A DNA stretch of 60,379 nucleotides, the filler included, from Jimgerdemannia flammicorona (taxonomy: Eukaryota), in assembly GCA_003990765.1 (NCBI GenBank). It is 3 parts of 3 records of this genome, joined end to end, with 100 filler letters (N's around TTAATTAATTAA, not from the genome) between each part and the next. Parts side by side here need not be neighbours in the genome. Positions count along the whole stretch, not along the records: positions 20,164 to 40,225 come from RBNJ01001772.1; positions 40,326 to 60,379 come from RBNJ01001773.1; 1 more part is not named here. The stretch is one strand, 5' to 3'. The notes beneath the pieces were generated by a model. It searched no databases, had not been told where the DNA came from, and was given only the letters and a program-made list of their open reading frames with translations. How positions within the stretch are numbered: position 1 is the first letter of the stretch; each line of letters starts with the position of its first letter. A program made the translations under genes and the position numbers. This document shows positions 36,177-48,700 of the stretch, in pieces.

Positions 36177-38327
36177 TCAGTACAAAAACCACCCAGAAAA
36201 AAGTAGCAAAGATATATATATGAGACAAATTAAGAAAAATGTCCAGAATATAATAGACTGAAAAGTTGAGTAAAGGTGCGAAAACAAGAGTATAATCTTG
36301 TGAGATACAGACGAGTTCCAATCAAGGACTGTGGGTGTGAGGGTAGGTGTAACAAACACAGTCGACGTTGAAATCACAGTTTTGGTTGAGAGCATAGTGA
36401 TGGCCCAAGGCACGGTTTTGGTTGACACGTCGGTGATGGTGGCGATTTGCAAAGTCACGGGTGTCCTCACAATGGCCGAAGGAGTCAATGATACAAATCC
36501 GAGAGATCCGAGGATCGGTAGAAGTAAATAAAATGCGAGCGCCGATATCATGATACCGCGAAAGACACCGCGAGGAATCATTTTGATACGAGACAATGTC
36601 CACTCAACTGCACCGAAAAAGCGTTCAAGCACAGAGAGTATCGTGTTTTGAATGGAAAGAACAACAGGAAATCTCCAAATGATGCCATCATAGAAGTGTC
36701 CGGCGCGAGAAAATGTTTCCGAAAAAAAAGGAGAAAAGTATGTTTTAGCGAACACGGCAAGTGCTGCGATTTTCAGACGAACCCAACGTGGCTCCCCCGG
36801 CTTGTCATATGCGAGATTCGTCGAAAATCGATATCTGCCTTCGTTCCAAAACGACACCGCCGGGTAATACATCGTATCTGGAAGGTTCCGCCAGGCAACG
36901 CCATAGTCCTTCCCATTGATCGAGATGGAGCAGCTGTGGCCTTGTATGTTCAGGCGAAAGGTTACCAAATCCCCTACGCTGAGGGCCCTGCCGTACGGCG
37001 TATCAGGGGAGATGAAGGATTCCTCGCCACGCGACTGGAACCACCACGTCGAGAGCGTCGTCAAAGCCATGGGATCGTCAAACCGATCAAACCCTTTTCC
37101 CACCAACCCGACAATGATGATTGGTCTATCCATGTAAACACCCGGGGATTCGACGACGATACTCCATTCGTGCAGGCCATCCGCATTTGCCGTGCAGGGG
37201 CACGATATCCTCGCTGTCTGAATTCGTACCACACCTCCAGGCAACGTAGCAGGCGGTCGTGGCAACTCAACAATTGCGCCGTCCTCAGACACGACAACAT
37301 CCGCACCAATCCGCCACCGATCCCACTCCCAGCGCGGCCTCCCACGGATCCGCGATGGGTGTCCCGGCGGGCACCGCGTGTTTTTGTAAGCAAAGTGGCA
37401 GAGCGCGGCTTGGTACTGAGGTGCAGCTCCGGTGATATCGATGGCGATCTGCATAAGCGGCTTCAGGCGATGCGGGCAAATAAGCAGGAGGTCCATGCGC
37501 GGCATCATCGCCAGCAGCGACGCGTGCGAGCGACTGTCTGTTAGCCAGACCTTGGTGGCAATGCCCGTGGGCCAGGGGTCCGGATCCCGTGCATTCTCGA
37601 GGCGAACTAGGAGCGCGTGGCGTTCAGTGGCTGACGGCGCATGCTCATCCAAGGCCCAGGCCCAATCGACGACGCATAGGAGGAGGTCGACCTCTGAAGT
37701 GCTGAAGTTGGTCGTCGGCAAACACGTCTGCTCCAGTAGCAGAATGAGCGCCTTCTCCGATAGGCTGGTTAGATCGCCGACCTTAAGAACGCGGGTGCAG
37801 AAGGATCTGAGGAAAATGTTGTACAACTCCATGTTGGTCTCGGTTGAGGGAATAATTTCAACGGCTTTGTTCAGCGACAAGCAGGCGTCTTTAAAGTCTA
37901 CGGCGACCGACCGGACCTGCTCCAGGGCCAGTTCCATGAGATACGGGAGATTGAAAGTGATACCGGCTTGATACGTGTCAACGACAACCAGGGGCGAGAG
38001 CGGGGCGGACCCGATAGTTCCGGTGTAGATGAGGAGGAGGACGAGGCGCAGTGTGGTCGAGTTGATACTGCTCAGGACGACCTTGTTACAGCTGGCAGAT
38101 CCTTGCGAAGATTCGCTTCTGTATAGGATGTTGTCGAAGATCACACATCTCTGGGCAAGGATGGCGCGACATGCCCCAATCTCTTCACCGTCGCTGCAGA
38201 CAAGGGTCACATCGTGCTTTTTGGTATCGGTGAGAAGGGATGCGAGGTCGTCCAACACGCTACGATCGCTCTTGTGTTGGGTCGACATAAAGGTCTCCCC
38301 ATCGACGTCAAAATCCGTTGCAGCCAT
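36177..38327 (-). CDS. BTB/POZ - BACK-like - SPRY/B30.2 protein with C-terminal transmembrane segments (716 aa)
   Basis: HDVTLVCSDGEEIGACRAILAQRC..LIYTG (BTB); HEWSIVV..IIVGLV..GDLVTFRLN..ISINGKDYGVAWRNLP..YPAVS (SPRY); hydrophobic helices around a Thr-rich segment. Intact and CpG-rich. Confidence 0.9.
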   Translation of the reverse strand: MAATDFDVDGETFMSTQHKSDRSVLDDLASLLTDTKKHDVTLVCSDGEEIGACRAILAQRCVIFDNILYRSESSQGSASCNKVVLSSINSTTLRLVLLLIYTGTIGSAPLSPLVVVDTYQAGITFNLPYLMELALEQVRSVAVDFKDACLSLNKAVEIIPSTETNMELYNIFLRSFCTRVLKVGDLTSLSEKALILLLEQTCLPTTNFSTSEVDLLLCVVDWAWALDEHAPSATERHALLVRLENARDPDPWPTGIATKVWLTDSRSHASLLAMMPRMDLLLICPHRLKPLMQIAIDITGAAPQYQAALCHFAYKNTRCPPGHPSRIRGRPRWEWDRWRIGADVVVSEDGAIVELPRPPATLPGGVVRIQTARISCPCTANADGLHEWSIVVESPGVYMDRPIIIVGLVGKGFDRFDDPMALTTLSTWWFQSRGEESFISPDTPYGRALSVGDLVTFRLNIQGHSCSISINGKDYGVAWRNLPDTMYYPAVSFWNEGRYRFSTNLAYDKPGEPRWVRLKIAALAVFAKTYFSPFFSETFSRAGHFYDGIIWRFPVVLSIQNTILSVLERFFGAVEWTLSRIKMIPRGVFRGIMISALAFYLLLPILGSLGFVSLTPSAIVRTPVTLQIATITDVSTKTVPWAITMLSTKTVISTSTVFVTPTLTPTVLDWNSSVSHKIILLFSHLYSTFQSIIFWTFFLICLIYISLLLFSGWFLY

Positions 38328-38689
38328 ATCAGGTATGGAAACGAAGAATAAGCTGCTACCTGATCACAGCCTTGTGTCGTCTTTGTTATAATTATGCTGC
38401 GGCCACCAACTCACGAGACACGAATCAATCCAGCATTATTTGATTGTGGGATCGTGAGAAACTATATACATGGGCATAAACAGCACCGTTATCACCATTA
38501 CCCTTATTGGGAGCCCCTTACTAGTCTATCTTTAGTTTTTATTTACACACAACTTCCCGCCAAGTCATACAGACATGGGTGTGCCTCATGACCATGCTAC
38601 GTAAGTATGCATGATAAACACTGAAATCCAAGTTCGTCCGGCTCTTTATCTTCCCCGAAAACAATAGAGTTTAGCAACAACGTAACGCG

Positions 38690-39895
38690 ATGGGAGCTTG
38701 TGGAAACACCTTCTCGATCACCTTCGATGTGCCTCAATTGCCAACGGAAAGCGTCGAATTGGGAATCGTACTCGGCCACGGTGGATACAGCTGTGTCTAC
38801 AAAGGAACGTATCAAGGTTCGGTCGTTGCCGTCAAGCAAATGTCAATTCCGCTGCTTATTCCCGGAAACGATGTAGAAAAAATCGTGCAGAACGAACTGA
38901 AGCTACTTGCCCGCCTCCGGGACTGCGACTCTGTGGTCCAGGTTCTCGGCTATATGCATGCGTACCCGTGTCTATCGATTGTGCTGTCATTTGCCGAGAA
39001 CGGTGACCTCCATGATTATCTTTGCGCGGGACATCTGAAAGGAAATTGGTGCAAGAAGGCCAGCATTTGCTTGGGTGTCGCCAAAGCGGTGGAACATGTG
39101 CATGCCGAAGGCATTGTCCACGGCGATTTGAAGGCGGCAAATATTTTGCTGGATCGATTCTTGACGCCTAAGGTAAGACGTTGACGGTGCTTATTGTGGA
39201 AAAGGTCGATTAATGATCTTAAATACTTTTATTTACTGCATCAACCACCCTGTATATCGCAGCTCACAGATTTCGGTGTTAGCAAATCATTTTCATCACT
39301 TTCCAGAGGTTCCCAACTAGGTGGAACCCTCCGATACATAGCTCCAGAACGCATCCGTCACTACAACAAGAAGTTTACCCGCGAAGAATCCATGCTGAGT
39401 GATATTTTCGGCTACGGTTTGATCACATGGGAGCTGGTGACTGATGGTGAATTGCCGTACGCTTCTCTCGAAGATGACATGGCCATCAAGCTCGCCAAAC
39501 TTGACAACGAAAAACAACAATTCGAGCACCTCGGAGAAGTTCCTCGCGGCGTGCCAGATGTCTTCCAGGATATCGTGCGCCTTTCGGTCTCGGAACCTTC
39601 GCTTCGTCCGTCCCTCGCTTCAGCACAGAATGCATTTGGCGTGTTCATCGATTGCTCAGCCCAGCTTCGCAATTGGCGCATGTTTTTCCATAGCACCCGC
39701 ACGGCCTCTTCAGCCCAGCTCCACAATATCCGTGCGTTTTTTAATGGGTTGAAAATGCCAATAAAACCATCCCAATCAGTCCGTCTCCTAGGGCCCCGGC
39801 CGGACTCCAATACTCCACCACAAATCTACAATCTCAGTCCAGACAGCAGTCTGAGTTTGCCATTTTCAAATCCTGATGTTGATGACGAGTGCTGA
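38690..39895 (+). CDS. Tyrosine-kinase-like (TKL) protein kinase, exons 38690-39172 and 39263-39895 (371 aa)
   Basis: GHGGYSCVYKG, VAVK, HGDLKAANILL, a phase-0 GTAAG..CAG intron joining TPK|LTDFG, GTLRYIAPE, SDIFGYG. Confidence 0.92.
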
Positions 39896-40225
39896 CGACG
39901 GCTCTAAGGTGAGCTAAGGCTAGGTTTCGTCTGCTTGGTTTTTGTTTCACCATCTCACCCTCTTAACACTGGGGTGGGGGACGTTAATAATCACAATGTC
40001 GCCAGCAGCATCCGAGGTTGTCGAGCAGGACGCACGTGGCATTACCAAATACACAGTAACCAATACCATTTCGTAAGAATGCCAACCCAAAATTTTATGC
40101 CGGAGCGTGGTTACGATTCATGTTCAATCGGAATGTTCGTTTCGCGTTCGTCGTTTGTGTTTTTTTTGCAAGTACATAAGTCTTTATTGGTGTGACTTCT
40201 GTGTTTCTCTTTTTTTTTTTTTTTT

Positions 40226-40325
40226 NNNNNNNNNNNNNNNNNNNNNNNNNNNNNNNNNNNNNNNNNNNNTTAATTAATTAANNNNNNNNNNNNNNNNNNN
40301 NNNNNNNNNNNNNNNNNNNNNNNNN
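40226..40325. other. Artificial contig linker
   Basis: 44 N + TTAATTAATTAA + 44 N. Confidence 0.97.
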
Positions 40326-42113
40326 CAAGGCGGTCCCCTACAGCAATCCAAAATTCACCCAGAACCTCACACTCCCCCAGCCAATGTTCAGGCGTTTGCA
40401 CAAAACCCCCAACCTGCCCAACATTATAACACTCCTCACAATCCAGCTGACCCTATCACTCATAACCCGGAAGTCCTCACCTCCCAGCTCCTCAGCTGCC
40501 ACCCCTTCCAGAGTCTTCCACAGCCACTTCTCCTCCTCCACCACTGCCTCGGCACCCTGGGCACTCCCTTCCCCCCCAACCACCGGGTCCACCACTGCGA
40601 TCCTCCTTCCCGACTCATCCCACTCCTCCTCCAGGACATCAAGAAGCTCCTCCTCACCTCCGACTCCTCCCGGGACCCCGTACTGTGGCTGTACTTCTAT
40701 GCTCATCTCAGCGTCCTCCACCATGCCGCCCTGCCCTCCTTCCCCACGGACCTCTTGGGCCACCCTTTGATCCACTCTGGGCTCCCCAGCCCAGTCACTT
40801 TCCCTCGATCCTATGCCACTTCCTCCCTCTCCACCTTCCACCACGCCTCCTCCCAATTTCTCCAGCAGCTCCTTCTGAATACGCCTCCCCTGCATCTTCT
40901 CCCAAGTTCCTCGATCCATCCTGATCTTCTTCCCTTCTATAATTTCCACCACCATCTTGGCCTCATACTCCTTCCAAGCCAATCGTCTCCTCTCGACAGC
41001 TCCTGCCAGATCCTCAAGAGCCTCCAGCAAATCCTCCTCTTCCTCCAGTGACCCTTTCACCCGAGAGACCCTGCACTCAACTGGTCCCCACTTCAGCATC
41101 GCCGGCCAGTCCCTCGCCTTCCCCGTGTTCTCCCGACCAAACAAGCATACTCTTACATCAACATCTCCAGTTCTAAGTTCCGTACCCTCCCAGACTTTGA
41201 ACCTGATATCGATGACATCCCCATACTCCTTTACCACCTCCACAATCAACTCCCTAGCTCTCTCCCGTGACACCATAGGAAGATCCAGCACTGTCAACTG
41301 CACCACTCTCGGGTCCCAGTGCATACACCTCGCCATAGGAACTACCACTCCACCCACTACCACCCCTTTCTCCATAGCCTCCAGCATTGACACCTCTTCT
41401 TCAAACCCAACCTCAATCCCTTCCTTCCCCTTCATGAACTTGACCGTAGCTGCCCCCTTCACCTCCTGCGCCACCAGCCTCAGAATCATCCTTGCAGTCA
41501 CTGCCAAGCCTCAGAAACACAATGTGACCACAAATTCTGACCTCGACTTTTTGAGTAACGGTGCCGACACCATGCCTGTCACTCCATCAGCCAGGTCCCC
41601 GGGCCTTGTGCCCTCCTTCTGTCCAGATCTGCCAACCACCGTCACATCTGGATTTTTTTCCAGATTCCCCGTCACAGCCCCATCAGCAGTCACATCTCCA
41701 ACCCCTACTCCCCCTCCCCCCATACTGACGGAGGCTCCCATAGGGGCTCCTCCCTGCCCTCCTCCTGAACCCGGCATCGCCTTCCCCAGTTCCAACCAAC
41801 CATCCAGCCCTGTGGCCATCTTCCCCATCCTGACCTTGTCGGCAAAGGTCGCCCTCCCCCCACCTCTCTGCCACAGTCCACCTCTCCCTCCACCCCCAGC
41901 GCCACCGCCCACCACAGACGGCCCTGGCATCCCCAAACCATCTCCTCGTTTCCTCCCAACCTGCTGCCAGTCGAAGGCCCGGCTGCCCCCCTGGCCGACC
42001 TGCCCACCAGTTTGCTCGTTGCTCGCCATGTTGATAGTAGCTTTTCACCAAAAACTTCGCAGAAAGTGTTGTCCAAATCTTGTGTCACCTGAATGTTACC
42101 GGTGAAAGGTGTG
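40326..42113 (-). mobile_element. LINE copy F (divergent subfamily; 5' end and ORF1 from 42029)
   Basis: ORF1 is open from 42029 apart from one TGA at about 41511 and retains more CpG. Same motifs as the other copies. After VMSD (about 40460) the sequence departs from the family consensus. Confidence 0.9.
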
Positions 42114-43689
42114 ATGTTCATGCTCATGTGCAGTTTACTCTTCAATAGTACTTCTAAAGTTCCAGTAGGGGTACAGAATCTTGTGTATCTCTGGAATTGT
42201 GGTAAAAAGAGTATATTGGTGAAGAGTGTGATTATCTAGAGAAGAGTAAAAAAAAGAGAGATGAGTGTGAGAGACTTCAGAACTCTAGAACCCACTCTTC
42301 ACCAGTATTACAGTATACTCAATTCCTGTCCAAACCCCCACTCCTTGCTTTTTTTGCCCCCTCTTTCCTACTATCTGGTATTTGACACAATTCTTACAAA
42401 CCTCATTGATATGATAGTGAAGTTCATTACTATAGAGATTCCTTACCACCATCATAACTACCTCTCTATATTTGTTAATAATGATATGGTTCTCTTTGTC
42501 ATTGATTACTCCTGCTGGCCAATGGACCTCTTGGTCAAGAACAATTGGCTCTGATTCAAATGTAGACCCCCAAGTATTGATGACAATATTGGTACTACTC
42601 ATGCTGAATATCTTGCTCTTGAATTTCTCTATTTGATCAGATATCAGACATGGTTGAACTCAGATAACTTTGAACTCTCCTTTCTAATAAAACTGAGCTC
42701 TGATCTGAGGGACTGAGATAAGTATACAGATGGGTTGCATGCAGACAGGTTGTGTGTGAGTAGATTGTGTATGGATATATTGCATATAGGTGTGGATGTT
42801 TTTTAGAGAGAGACCACATAAAAATAAAGTTAAATAAAACATGAAGATGGGTATTTCAGAAAAAGAGTATGAGTGAGTGAGTGAGTTGCATGCCAACAAG
42901 TTATATGTTAATGAGTTATATAAGTTATATAAGTTGTATAAGATTACTCATGAAGGTTTGCTTCTGTTCCTTTTGAGATCTCCACTACACAATACATTGA
43001 CTCAACAGCTCAGCCACCAAAGACATGTCCCATAACATCCACCAGCCCTTCTTTATCTTGACCAGATATTGTAAATAAAGTCAGCAGATCTCGCCATAGA
43101 GCTGTAGACTCTAAGATGAGGTAAATTGGGTTATACTGGGAGAAATTAAAAAAAGTAAAACACAAGTAGCAGCAAAATAAGCAACCTACATCTACTATTA
43201 GCTACTCTAAAAAGGCTGCTACATATATAGCTGTGAGGTCTGTGAATTCCAAGGTCTGAAGGACTACTATAAGTTATTGCCAGAATTCTCCCTTATCTCT
43301 ACCATTGCCCCTGCCATTGTCCCTGCCATCACCACTGCTATCACTACTGCTGTCACCCCTTTGACTCTCAATGAACAGCTTGTGTGCTGCCCATATAAGA
43401 AAGAATCTAATATTATTAGTAGAGAGTACACTTCTATCTCAAATACTCCCTCTTTTGACAATTATTGCAGAGTAAAATAATGAGTAGACTGGACTAATAT
43501 ATAATTAAGGGCTGCTGTTTTGCTTGCTCATGATGTGGCAGGAAAGAAAAAGAACAAAGAAAAAGAACAAAGAAAGAACAAAGAAGAGAGAACAAAAGAA
43601 AGGGTGATATTACCAAAAGTGTAGTAGAAAAAAAAAACAAGAGCAAAAATGAACAAAAGAAAGGGTGATGTCATTAAAGATTTCAATTC

Positions 43690-43839
43690 AGATGGATCAA
43701 TCTGGATGGATCAATCTGGATGGATCAATCTGGATCAATCTGGATCTATCTAGATCAGATCATAAGACTAATCTGAGTTGATTTGAATCCATTATATAAT
43801 GAATCTCATCTAGATAAACTCTATCCATTTAGAGCACTA
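43690..43839 (+). mobile_element. hAT-like terminus with GGATCAATCT subterminal repeats
   Basis: About 5 copies of GGATCAATCT, ending GAGCACTA at 43839 (TAGTGCTC on minus, same as 55339), directly abutting the interior of a hAT transposase. Confidence 0.6.
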
Positions 43840-45771
43840 GCCATACTCTTTGGTAGAATTTCAAAATCAGTTCATTTACTAGATTATGTATACAGACTAG
43901 CCATTCAAAACCATCAAGAGTGATCAATTATATGTATAGCATATTTAGCCTCCTCAAGCATGATTTATATTTGCCAAGTACTGACACTATTTGCAAAGAT
44001 GTCCTGGAGACCTATAGGAAGGAGCATAATAATCTTCACTAGATACTTTAGGTAAAATAAATAAATAAAGACAGCACTATGATCTTTGTAAGCTGAATTA
44101 TATATATATTTACAAAGAGCTCACCAATTTAATCTTATATTCAATAAGCAGAATTCAGTAGACAAATTTTTTTTTTTACAATCAATATATAGATATCTCC
44201 CAATGTAATCTCATTTCTGAGTATTATTAGTCATTGGATTGACCTCAATTGGTAGCTTAAATCTCTCACTCTTGACTTTGTCAAACTTACTGGCTCTCAT
44301 TCTGGAGATAATATTGTAGATACTTTTATTAGTTATATCTAGGAGCTTGGAATTACAACTAAGGTAAAAAAGGAGAGCTTGACATCAGGTTAATATTTTG
44401 AGAGAGATTCTAAAACAAAACAGATTTTATTGGTTATTTATTTTTATATAAATTTGCCAACTAAATATTTCAAGTACAGATTTTGGCCATTATAATAAAC
44501 AATCTACAAATAACTCAAGTTTTAGCAGCCAGCCTCAAACAGAAAAACATGATCTTCAGTATAGAAAGCTGCTATATATGATATCAGGCCCATATACTGA
44601 ACCTCACTATTCAAGACTATCTTATACATATACATAGACAAAACATCCAAGAGAGGAGGGGCTCTGAGTATAATTTCCAAGCTGTACAAACTAGTTATAT
44701 TGGTCTAATCATCTCTACAATAATAAGAAAAATTTACTGCATAGTTAGGGCAATCAGTTTAGCTCTAAAAGAACTTATATTAAATATCTGTATATATTGG
44801 AACTCAATATTTGCAATGATCTAGTACATACTGGAGTTTGTTATGATATATGTTCTTTTTTCTTTAGTTGACTGAAGCAACTTATTTCAGATAATTGAAG
44901 ATTTTTTTTTTTTTTAAAAAAAAAAAAACAAAACAAAAAAAGCCAATAAATTCAATGGTGGCTGCTGATAAGGAAATGTAGACAAGGCTCTAAGTGAAAG
45001 TGAGTGAGATATACTTAAGAATATTGTCAGAGTTTTGGAAGTAAGTAGTGATTACTCTAGCTCTACACTTGTTTTTTCTGCCTCTGTACAATATAATATA
45101 TAATATAACATCTCACCACACATAACTGCCAGTATTTTAATGATTGTATGAAGGATATAGTCAAACAAACGACCCTGACAATAAGCTCTACAATACCAGT
45201 ATATAACCTTCTGATTGATTAGCTAAAGGACAAGCTCAAGGATAGGCTAGAGGGTTGTAGTGATTTATGGTTAAGCCTGGATCAGAGAGACACCATAGAG
45301 GTTGCTCTAAGCAAGCTCAGAAAATACTACTCTAAAACAGATACTGCCATATACTCAATCAGTACAGATATATTGGCATGTGGCTATTGTCTCTTTCAAA
45401 ACAGAGAAACCTCTGCAAAAACTCACTCTCTTTCTCCAAACAGTGCTGGACTCACACTTAAAGCTACAATACTATAAAGATCAGGGCTGAGAGCAGCACT
45501 TTATTGATAGAACCAAGTAGATTGTAATTGAAATATACTGGAAAAACTATATACTACTACAAGGTTCTGGCCAAAGTTTAGACAAATATACCAAGGGATC
45601 TCTCCTATCTCATATTTACTTTAGCAGAAAGAGGAAGAGAGAGCCATCAGTGGAAGAGCTGCTGTCAATAGATAAACTTACTATTTACCTTACTAGTAAT
45701 CATGTGATCCTACTAGAGAGTGTGGAGGTACTCAACTGGTGGAAGATAGATTGTCAAACAGATGATTGGTT
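43840..45771 (+). pseudogene. Hypermutated intron-containing hAT transposase
   Basis: Remnants PFKTI..LPSTDTI, FLSIISHWID, LDFVKLTGSHSGDNI, HILNL, YWNSIFAM, LDSHLK, VLNWWK. Confidence 0.8.
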
Positions 45772-48700
45772 CACCCTTTCTCCAGTAATATTCAGGTTAT
45801 ACAATTCTTTGGTAATACTTTCAACACAGTTTCTAGAGACAAGCTACTAGTATCATGATAACCAACGAGATTCCTGAGGTGTATACTGGGCAGGGTGGCC
45901 CTGGAGCATTTGAATGGCAGTAAGTGGGGAGAGGCCCTGGCTTGGGGGGAAGCATGAGGGGTCTGCTGGCAGGAGGCCATGGTGGAGGAGGGGGTGGAGC
46001 TGGCAGTCAAGGGTCTGGCAGAGCAAGCTTTGTGGAGAAGGTGAAGGGGGGTCAGCAGGGAGCTGGACTGGAGAGCTGGCTGCAGGGGGAGAAGGTGCCA
46101 GTGAGGGCTACCAGGTGGCAACCTCTTGGGGGTACCTCTCTGGAGGGCCATAGGGGTGGAGCTGGGGGGGTAGCGGCTGGGGTGGAGACTACTGATGGGG
46201 GTGTGATGGGTGATCTGGAAAAAAATCTAGATGGGACTGCTGATGGTGAGCTGAGTGGTGGGAAGGGCATGAGGCCCAGAGATCTGGCAGATGGTATAAT
46301 GGGACTGGTGGTGGCTCCATTACTCAAGAAGTCAATCTTGGAATTTGCAGTCATGATGTGTTTCCAGGGCTTAGTGGTGATGGCCAAAATGGTTCTGGGG
46401 CTGATTGCAAAGCAGATGAGTGGGGCGGCATCAGTTAAGTTCCTGAAGGGCCTAGAAGGGGTAGAGGTGGGATTTGAGGAGGCTGGGCTACTGGAGGAGA
46501 CTTTGAAGGCTGGGATGAAAGTGGGCGAAGTATGCATACTGATGGTGAGATGCCTGCAGTGGGACCCAAGAGTAGTGCAACTTCTGGTGAAAGGAGTTCC
46601 CACTGTTACTACTGTAGAGACAAGGAAGAGAGTTGAGGAGATTATGGTGGAGTATGGAGAGGTAGTTGATATTGGGTTCAGGGTGTGGGAAGGAACCTCT
46701 CCAGACTGGGGATATTGATGTCAGGATTCAGCTGGCTGAGTGGGAGGCTACTGGGAAGGCTCAGGACTGACCCTCAGTGATGATGTGGGGGGCTATCTTG
46801 TGCAAGGTGACAAGAGTAAAGGGGAGCAAGGAGGAGGAGGAGGATTTGCTGGAGATACTGGAGGAGCTGAGTGGGGTGGTTGAGAGGAGGGTGAAGGCAT
46901 GGAAAGCATATGAGGCAGCAACACATCTTGAGGTGGTTGGAGGAAGATGAGTCTGCATCAACAAGGAGGTTTGGGAGAGGTCTCAAGGGCATCGAAGGCA
47001 GAGGGAATTGTTGGCAAAAATGGGGGCAGAGGTGACGAGGAAGGCAGGTGATAGTGTGACTACCAGAGGTGCTGAGGTGAGTGTCTGGACTGCTAGTAGT
47101 GGAAGGAATGAGGAGGGAGGGCAGGTGGAGGCTGTAAAGGTGCTGAGCAAGAACCCATATGAAGATGGTACACTGGAGGTTTGGGAGGAAATCTGGGAGA
47201 GTTCACCTTCACCCTCCCCCCTTATCCAAAGGGGTCCAGCAGCGAGAGGTAGAGTGGTGGAGAATGTGCTGATGCATGGCACTCAGCAGGTGCACTTTGG
47301 AGTCCCAAATGTAGAGAAGGGGGGATTGGTAGAGGTGGCTGGGGAAGAGAAATTGGTAGATATCCCAGAGGAGAGATGGAATGAGTTAGCAAGTGTGGGG
47401 GCTGATACTACAATGTTGGATGGAGGGAGACCAGCAACCCTAGGAGGGAAGGAGGTGGGAAACTTGCTCTGGGTATGCTGGATGATGAACAACTTAGCAG
47501 CAGAAGAGCTGGGGGAAGTCGACCTTCAAGTGATGAGCGATGAACATTGGGCAAGGATCCTGCAAGGTAATGGAGTGGAGGTGGCATTGAAGGTAGAGAT
47601 TCTGGCAGTATACTTGGAGGAGGAGGGGTATGAGGTAGATAAGGAGAGGGAAGCTATACTGGCCATTGTGATAGATGAGCAGGCTGCCCACTGTTGGACT
47701 AAGAGGCATGGGCTGCAGCTCTGGCAGGAGGCTTGTTTGGAGTACTGTGAGGAGTTTGAGGAAAAGGAGAATGGGGAGATGGCTGAAATTCTAGCTGAAT
47801 TGGAGGCTAAGAGGATCAAGGAAGCTGAAGCTACTGCTGAGTGCAACCTGGACAGAGCACAGGAGGAAGTAGATATGGAGCAGTAGAGGATGCATCTGAA
47901 ACTATATAATTTCTCTTATAAATAGTACAACCAATATTTTTTCTTTGAACATAAATGGGTTACGGGGTGCTTGTCAATATAAGAATATTTTTACTTGGCT
48001 GAAGGGATTGGAGGCTGATCTCTTCCTCTTATAGGATGTCAGGTGTGAGGATGACTTGGATAGACTGGAATGGACGAAGGAGTGGGGAGGTGAGGCAATT
48101 TGGAAGGGCAAGGTTGGAATTCTGGTATAGAAGGGCAGAGGGGAGATACAGGATGTGCAGAGCTGGGGGGATAGACTGGTCTGGGGAGAGTGAATACATG
48201 CAGGTTGGGAGCCAGTCATGGTGGGCTCCTGTTACTGCCCTGCAGTACAGGGCGAGCGGGTGACCTGGGTGACAGGCCTACAGGAGAGTGGGATTCTTGT
48301 GGAGGTTGAGATAGATGTACTGGGTGGGGACTTCAATATGGTCTGAGACATATTGAGGGATAGAACTGATGGAGGATGAGGTATTGTGGGGTGGAGTAGA
48401 GGACTGGCAGTATGGGCGGAAGTGGAAAGACTTAGTGCTCTGGTGGATGTAGGTAGGGAATACTGGGGGAATAGAAAGGTGTACACACACTGGGCCAGGG
48501 GCCTGGGGACAAGAATTGATTGGATTCTGATGGCCAGCTGCTGGGGCCTGGATGTTTGGAAGTTGCTGGAGGTGGAATGGTGTCCTTGATCAGATCATTG
48601 GGGGCTTTTGGGGCAGGGACATTTTGGGGGGAATGGGGATAGGCCTGGACATTGGTGTCTCAATTCCTCCCTACTAGATGATGAGATCTGGTGGGGTAAA

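Noticed and set aside
36648..38391. Plus-strand ORFs overlapping the BTB-SPRY gene
   Set aside because: Antisense shadows of a GC-rich CDS with no recognisable domains.
40208..40326. Poly(T) as the tail of the minus-strand LINE after the gap
   Set aside because: The gap is an artificial linker between separate contigs, and the paralogous region at about 35120 is also T-rich.
41505..41515. Programmed stop-codon readthrough in LINE ORF1
   Set aside because: Other copies have CAG, TGG or TAG here, which is explained by CpG decay of an Arg codon.
40957..42105. Long Ser/Pro/Thr-rich antisense ORFs in LINE copies (also 7994-8929, 28864-29637, 51559-52512)
   Set aside because: Shadow frames of G-rich coding strands that are poor in antisense stops; no independent motifs.
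42114..43690. Short ORFs in the AT-rich stretch
   Set aside because: No recognisable motifs; probably the decayed interior of the element ending at 43839, but I cannot support a call.
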